The notes under the pieces are model-generated. The model made no database searches. It saw only the letters and a program-made list of their open reading frames with translations, and was not told the DNA's origin. A program made the position numbers and the translations under genes. A stretch of DNA of 32,000 nt from Candidatus Hadarchaeota archaeon (GTDB lineage: Archaea > Hadarchaeota > Hadarchaeia > Hadarchaeales > Hadarchaeaceae), in the NCBI GenBank assembly GCA_964514965.1, contig CAZETV010000001.1:480001-512000 (forward strand). Direction: 5' to 3'. Positions 27,193 to 32,000 of the stretch are shown here, piece by piece (within the stretch, counting starts at the first letter, position 1; the number at the start of each line of letters is the position of its first letter).

Positions 27193-27542
27193 TTGCTCAC
27201 CACGACTGAATTATCTTCAAGCGTTACTGTTAGCACGTATGAACCTTCGCTGAGTTCTTGGCCTATTAATTGTATCGAGTACCCATTTTCTGGGACTTCG
27301 AAACCGTTTATTGCCACACGTTGATTTTCAAACTTGATTTTGTAACCGCTAGGCACAGTAATCTCAACGGTTTGTGGGTTTCCGGTCGCAATCGCTGCTT
27401 GAACACCGTTGTTCAGTTCAAGTGCAGCGTCCCTTGCTCTACGCTCGCGGTCGAGTCCTTGAAGGAACTGGTACCCTAAAATGAATATCGAAACTACGAA
27501 AGCGGCAAGTATCACGAGCGCAAGGGTCCTGAAAGCGGGCAT
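27189..27542 (-). CDS. Small membrane-anchored pseudopilin-like protein
   Basis: 117 aa, MPAFRTLALVILAAFVVSIFILGYQF TM followed by VEITVPSGYKIKFENQRVAI. Paralog-like to 15754-16116. Confidence 0.7.
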   Translation of the reverse strand: MPAFRTLALVILAAFVVSIFILGYQFLQGLDRERRARDAALELNNGVQAAIATGNPQTVEITVPSGYKIKFENQRVAINGFEVPENGYSIQLIGQELSEGSYVLTVTLEDNSVVVSK

Positions 27543-27547
27543 ACTTT

Positions 27548-28012
27548 CTAGCCTACGATAGTCAGCTGAAATGTTGTGCTCTTTGTGGTACCGTCTTCGC
27601 CCGTCACACGGATACTTATCGTGATGGCGTCTGGCTCGGCAGTATTATCGACGCTTATGGTCATGATCGAATCGAACTCTGGGGTGCTGCTCTGAGGAGA
27701 GAAACTTACGCTAACTCCAGTTGGCATTCCAGTCGCGCTGAGCGTCACCTGCTTGTCGTAACCCAGCACTGATTGGACGGTGACTTGCGCAGTAATCGTA
27801 TTCTCGCTAGTTGTTGGTTTTCCAATCGTTTCACTCGTGGGCGAGACGTTTACGCTAAAGCTAAGAGTCTCCTGCGCGCCTATGCCCACCTGCTGGTAAA
27901 GCGTCACTCCTATACCCAGCCCCACAGCGAGCAAGATTATGCCCGCCATGATTTTCATCACGGTAGGTTCTACCCCTACTTCATCCTCCAATAACCCCTT
28001 CACCATGCTCAA
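27548..28012 (-). CDS. Type IV pilin-like protein with Ig-like beta domain
   Basis: 154 aa, DEVGVEPTVMKIMAGIILLAVGLGIGVTLYQ N-helix, then LSFSVNVSPTSETI...GYDKQVTLSATGMPTGVSVSFSPQSSTP typical of Ig-like extracellular repeats. Confidence 0.65.
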   Translation of the reverse strand: MSMVKGLLEDEVGVEPTVMKIMAGIILLAVGLGIGVTLYQQVGIGAQETLSFSVNVSPTSETIGKPTTSENTITAQVTVQSVLGYDKQVTLSATGMPTGVSVSFSPQSSTPEFDSIMTISVDNTAEPDAITISIRVTGEDGTTKSTTFQLTIVG

Positions 28013-28236
28013 CCTCCATAGCTTACTTTTCGATCTTTAAAGCATTAAATTAATAATGCTTGTTCAATAAAAACTATTGGTCCACCGGTACATTCAACAT
28101 CAAAATTATTTTTGAGTTTAACTCATGTGTTTTGTTCACGAAATAACAACGATCCCACAATTTTTTTAATGGCATGAAAAAATAACTATGGGCGATTCAC
28201 ATCCCTAAAATATTCGGAACATTCGGAGTTCGCGGC

Positions 28237-29568
28237 GTGGCCAATCAAGAACTCACGCCCGAGTTTGGGTTTGAGGTGGGGCTCGCTCTCGCCACCTACA
28301 TTAAAGGAAATGGAAGGGTTGCAGTCGGTTATGACACAAGGACATCAAGCGTGATGTTCGCGCAGGCGATAACTGCTGGAATCATCTCTGGGGGATGTGA
28401 TATGGCCGCCATCGGAACCTCACCAACTCCGGTTTTATCATTTGCAATCCGCCATTTCTCCTGTGATGCCGGAGTGATGATAACGGCATCTCACAATCCG
28501 CCCCAATATAATGGCATCAAGCTCTGGGAATCAGATGGCGGAGCATTTTCCCGCAAAGGGGAAAAAGAAATCGAACGAATAATCTTAGAGAAATCTTGGA
28601 AGCGGGCACCCTGGAATAAAATAGGGAAAATCAGAAAATTCGACGCTCTCACCCCATATATTAAGGGAATTCTAAATCGCATCCCCAAGTTTGAACGGAA
28701 ATTAAAAGTAGTAATAGATTGTGCCAATGCTACGGGAAGTTTGGTCACCCCTAGACTCCTCAGAGAGCTTGGTTGCAAGGTGATCTCGATGAATTGTCAG
28801 ATAGACGGAACTTTTCCAGGAAGAAATCCAGAACCAACTCCAGAAAATACCAAGGAACTCTCAAAAGCCGTGGTGGCCTGCGGTGCTGACCTAGGGATAG
28901 CTCACGACGGAGATGCCGACCGAACCGCTATTGTAAATGAAAAAGGAGAAGTGCTCGCCGGAGACAGGGTGTTCGCGCTGGTGGCCTTTCACCTCCTCCA
29001 AGAAAAGAAAAATCCGAGGATAGTAACAGATATCTCCGCCAGTTCGGTACTAGACGATGTTGCGAGAGAACTGGGCGGAAGTGTTTTAAAAACCCCTGTG
29101 GGCGAGCCCGAGATAGCGCAGGAGATTCGGGAACACGGATGTGACCTAGGCGGGGAGGAGACCGGGAGTGTAATCTTTCCGGACTGGGCTTTATGTAGGG
29201 AAGGGATTATGACCGCTCTGAAGTTCATTGAGCTTCTCGCGCGATCAGGTGAAAAAGTTTCGAATTTTGACCGCACTATACCACAATATTCCTTGATCAA
29301 GCAAAAAATAAAATGTCCGAATGATATCAAAGGACAAGTGTTAAATTTGCTTTCAGAACGGTTCGCCCAGTACAAGCTAAATAGGATAGATGGTTTACGC
29401 GTGAATTTTGATGATGGATGGCTGCTACTTAGACCCTCTGGGACTGAACCAATTTTCAGGTGCTTTTCGGAGGCTAAAAATTCTGAAAGGGCCAAGGAAC
29501 TCGCAGAGCTCGGGATGCGGGAACTTAAGATATGCGCCAAAACCGTGTGCTCTAAGCCAAAAAATTAA
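28237..29568 (+). CDS. Phosphohexomutase family (phosphoglucomutase/phosphomannomutase/phosphoglucosamine mutase)
   Basis: 443 aa; VGYDTRTSSVMFAQ, GVMITASHNPPQYNGIKLW, IAHDGDADRTAIV, GGEETGSVIF, LRPSGTEPIFR. Conserved N-terminal codons continue upstream of the called GTG (see finding). Confidence 0.95.
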   Translation: MANQELTPEFGFEVGLALATYIKGNGRVAVGYDTRTSSVMFAQAITAGIISGGCDMAAIGTSPTPVLSFAIRHFSCDAGVMITASHNPPQYNGIKLWESDGGAFSRKGEKEIERIILEKSWKRAPWNKIGKIRKFDALTPYIKGILNRIPKFERKLKVVIDCANATGSLVTPRLLRELGCKVISMNCQIDGTFPGRNPEPTPENTKELSKAVVACGADLGIAHDGDADRTAIVNEKGEVLAGDRVFALVAFHLLQEKKNPRIVTDISASSVLDDVARELGGSVLKTPVGEPEIAQEIREHGCDLGGEETGSVIFPDWALCREGIMTALKFIELLARSGEKVSNFDRTIPQYSLIKQKIKCPNDIKGQVLNLLSERFAQYKLNRIDGLRVNFDDGWLLLRPSGTEPIFRCFSEAKNSERAKELAELGMRELKICAKTVCSKPKN

Positions 29569-29591
29569 ATGCGTCATGTAACCTAACAAAC

Positions 29592-31487
29592 TTATTTTTT
29601 TAGTAATCGTTTGATTTCTTTTCGAAGGAGTTTGCTCACAAGTTGACCATCTGCTTTGCCACGAACTTCTTTCATCACGATGCCCATCAATTTTTTATAC
29701 GATTTTTCTCCTTGCTCCTTGACCATCTCAATATTGTTATCCACAACTCCAGAAACCAAGTCCTTAAGCTCACGTATCGACATCGCTTTAAGGCCAAGCT
29801 CATCCAGAATTTTCTCAACCTTTTCCCGTGGTTTCCTCGCCAAGGCGCTAAGGATTTGGGGGATTGATTCTTTTGTGATTTTCCTGAGCGAGAGGAGTTT
29901 AAACGCGCCCTCCAGATGCGTCTTATTGAGATTTTCGACTGGAACCCCCTCTCTTCGAAGGCTTACCAGTGTTTCTTCTAAAGTGGAAGCAACTAACGTG
30001 GGGTCTACACGATATTTTTTTACTATATCTTCAAACAGGACAACATTTTCTGAAAGGCTTATGCGGCCGGCTAAATTTTGACTCAGGCGATATTCTTTGA
30101 TAAATCGCTTAACTTTATTTTCAGGAAGTTCCGATAGTTTACTTTTTATCCTGTTTAATCTATCTCCACTAATTGGAATTGGCGGGATGTCCGTTTCCGG
30201 GTACATTCGCTCTGCACCCGGCAGCGGGCGCATGAATTCTGTGTTTCCATCGCGCAGAGCTCGGCGTGTCTCCTCCGGTACACCTCGGAGTGCTTGGTTC
30301 GCCCTATCTACAACAGCTTTTAACGCAATTTCTGTTCTTTCTTTATCACCTACCACGAGCACGACGGCATCGTACTCCGCAGCTCCGATCGTGCTTCTCA
30401 GTTTATCGGTCTCTTCTTCTGAAATTCCATACCCGGGCAGCTCATCCGTGTGGAAAATGCCTCCAACCTTTCCGTAAAGTCTTGCATGGTCCGCGAGTTC
30501 CGTGCCAAATCTACGTCCCGGTTGAAGTTCCCTGCCGAGAATACTCGCAAATTTGGGTAATTTTACTGCGAGCGCCCTCCCTCCAGTTCCAATCTCCCCG
30601 CGGACGACGCCGGAATTGGTACAGGAAAAAATCTCTGTGACATCGGTGCCCTTCCATTCCACTTTTTCTACTCCCCTTCGTCTCAATTCATCACGAATTT
30701 CCAGTAGGACAAGCTGTCTTTTCACCTCTCGCTTGATAACCTCAGAGATCAGCGAGAGTTCCTGCACCCCTTTAATCTCCTGACGTGCACCGTCTGCGAC
30801 TGAGATGTTTATGTCCTGACGAATAGTCCCAATCCCCCGCTTGACCTTCCCGGTTGCCCGTAGAATCTGTCCGATATGCAGAGCTGCCTTCGCTGGTGTC
30901 TCGGGGTCTGAGAAATCCGGTCCGGTAGCAATCTCGACGAGCGGAATGCCCAGCCTATCCAGCCGGTAATTCGCGTACTTTGTATTTTCATCCATCTTCC
31001 TAGCAGCATCTTCCTCCAGACAGATTGTTGATATCCTGAAACTCTTGCCGTCGGTCTCAACCCGCCCATCTAGGGCTACTAAGGCAGTACGCTGGAAACC
31101 GCATGTGTTACTGCCATCTATTACTATCTTGCGCATCGTGTGAACCTCGTCTACCTGCTTGGCCCCGAGCAGTAACGCCACCTCAAGGACTATGTTGAGC
31201 GCTTCCTCGTTGATGGGGTGTGGTGGTTCATCATCCAGCTCTACAAGACACGTGCTGTCTGGATAAACTTGATACACAAACCCTTTACCTTTCAGAACTT
31301 CTGCCAGCGCGGCACGGTCCACTGCCCCCATCTCACTCTGTGTCGGGCGCAGTCTCCGCATCACCTTCAGCGACGGTTCCTCCTCGCGCAGTATTGAGGG
31401 ACAGTTACAGAACAGCTTGTGGGTATGGAGTTCCTGATGTATTTCAAACCCGACACGCAGGCCGAGTTTTTCGTATCTAAGCGCCAT
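29592..31487 (-). CDS. gatE: Glutamyl-tRNA(Gln) amidotransferase subunit E
   Basis: 631 aa; LRVGFEIHQELHTHKLFCNCPS, GFQRTALVALDG, YPETDIPPIPI, C-terminal GatB/YqeY-like tail ending KADGQLVSKLLRKEIKRLL. Confidence 0.97.
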   Translation of the reverse strand: MALRYEKLGLRVGFEIHQELHTHKLFCNCPSILREEEPSLKVMRRLRPTQSEMGAVDRAALAEVLKGKGFVYQVYPDSTCLVELDDEPPHPINEEALNIVLEVALLLGAKQVDEVHTMRKIVIDGSNTCGFQRTALVALDGRVETDGKSFRISTICLEEDAARKMDENTKYANYRLDRLGIPLVEIATGPDFSDPETPAKAALHIGQILRATGKVKRGIGTIRQDINISVADGARQEIKGVQELSLISEVIKREVKRQLVLLEIRDELRRRGVEKVEWKGTDVTEIFSCTNSGVVRGEIGTGGRALAVKLPKFASILGRELQPGRRFGTELADHARLYGKVGGIFHTDELPGYGISEEETDKLRSTIGAAEYDAVVLVVGDKERTEIALKAVVDRANQALRGVPEETRRALRDGNTEFMRPLPGAERMYPETDIPPIPISGDRLNRIKSKLSELPENKVKRFIKEYRLSQNLAGRISLSENVVLFEDIVKKYRVDPTLVASTLEETLVSLRREGVPVENLNKTHLEGAFKLLSLRKITKESIPQILSALARKPREKVEKILDELGLKAMSIRELKDLVSGVVDNNIEMVKEQGEKSYKKLMGIVMKEVRGKADGQLVSKLLRKEIKRLLKK

Positions 31488-31609
31488 ATCACCGCCCGAT
31501 CAATTTTTGATTGTGTAATATTTCAGTAAATAGATTGACCCACCCATCCCAATACTCTAACTTTTTAGGAAAAGATAGTTGCGTCTAATGAGGGACGAAC
31601 TTGGACGAA

Positions 31610-32000
31610 ATGGTCAAAATAGCCCTGATTCCGGCCCTGATGTTTTTGGGCATCGCGCTGAAGAAGACCAAGCTGGGCCTGAAGGCCTCGCATCTAGAGT
31701 TATTAATCATCTATTTCACCGCCCCTATATTGATGTTCACAGAGATGCTGAAAATAGAACTCGACAGCTTTTCTCTCGGAAGCATCGCTGGGGTATCCTT
31801 GGCTTTCTTAGCGCTCTGTTTCTCGGTGAGCTATGGGTTATCGAGAAAATTCACGGGGCGAGCAAAGGGCACAATAGTTTTCAACTCAACTTTTTTTAAC
31901 TCGATGTTCCTGCCATTTCCGCTAATTTACGCGTTCTACGGTGACCTTTCCATCGCCTTACTCTTCAGCCTGCCGATATTGATCGTTCACAATACCCTCG
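31610..32000 (+). CDS. AEC (auxin efflux carrier)-like permease, 5' portion running off the window
   Basis: No stop before the window end, so it is absent from the track. It reads MVKIALIPALMFLGIALKKTKLGLKASHLELLIIYFTAPILMFTEML...KGTIVFNSTFFNSMFLPFPLIYAFYGDLSIALLFSLPILIVHNTL. N-terminal TM/Asn-rich segment resembles AEC carriers. Confidence 0.7.
   Translation, partial: MVKIALIPALMFLGIALKKTKLGLKASHLELLIIYFTAPILMFTEMLKIELDSFSLGSIAGVSLAFLALCFSVSYGLSRKFTGRAKGTIVFNSTFFNSMFLPFPLIYAFYGDLSIALLFSLPILIVHNTL

Noticed and set aside
31579-31899. 106 aa ORF in the track near the right edge
   Set aside because: Out of frame with the hydrophobic AEC-like permease reading frame beginning at 31610, which is open to the window end.
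1-32000. CRISPR arrays, transposases, inverted-repeat-bounded mobile elements, toxin-antitoxin or defence islands
   Set aside because: No regularly spaced repeats, no transposase/integrase motifs and no recognised defence genes were seen by eye. The methyltransferase has no restriction partner in the window.

Overview
This is a 32 kb archaeal chromosomal segment. Diagnostic genes are fibrillarin/Nop5, RfcL, Mre11-Rad50, GatE, archaeal PdxS/T and a Tad/archaellum-type secretion ATPase. From left to right it holds: flpA (partial) and nop5; pdxS/pdxT; a YkgJ-like cysteine-cluster protein; a winged-helix protein; moaC, moaB and moeA-1; a coiled-coil micro-ORF; a Cys-rich TadA/GspE-like ATPase coupled to a duplicated TadC-like membrane protein; glnA; a CDF transporter; an unannotated GC-rich structured island of about 200 nt with its own archaeal promoter-like element; a first cluster of membrane-anchored pseudopilin-like proteins; moeA-2, mobB fused to an Fe-S domain, moaA and truA; an orphan TSPPY DNA methyltransferase coupled to rfcL; mre11-rad50; a second pilin-like operon; a phosphohexomutase gene; gatE; and the start of an AEC-family permease. 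The best candidates for something undescribed are (1) the ncRNA candidate at 13769-13974 (-) and (2) an atypical archaeal type IV pilus-like system. That system has a Cys-rich ATPase with a G-to-A change in Walker A, a double TadC, and two paralogous minor-pilin clusters interleaved with molybdenum-cofactor genes. No CRISPR array, tRNA, rRNA or transposase was recognised. All family calls are from motif recognition by eye and no database search was run.
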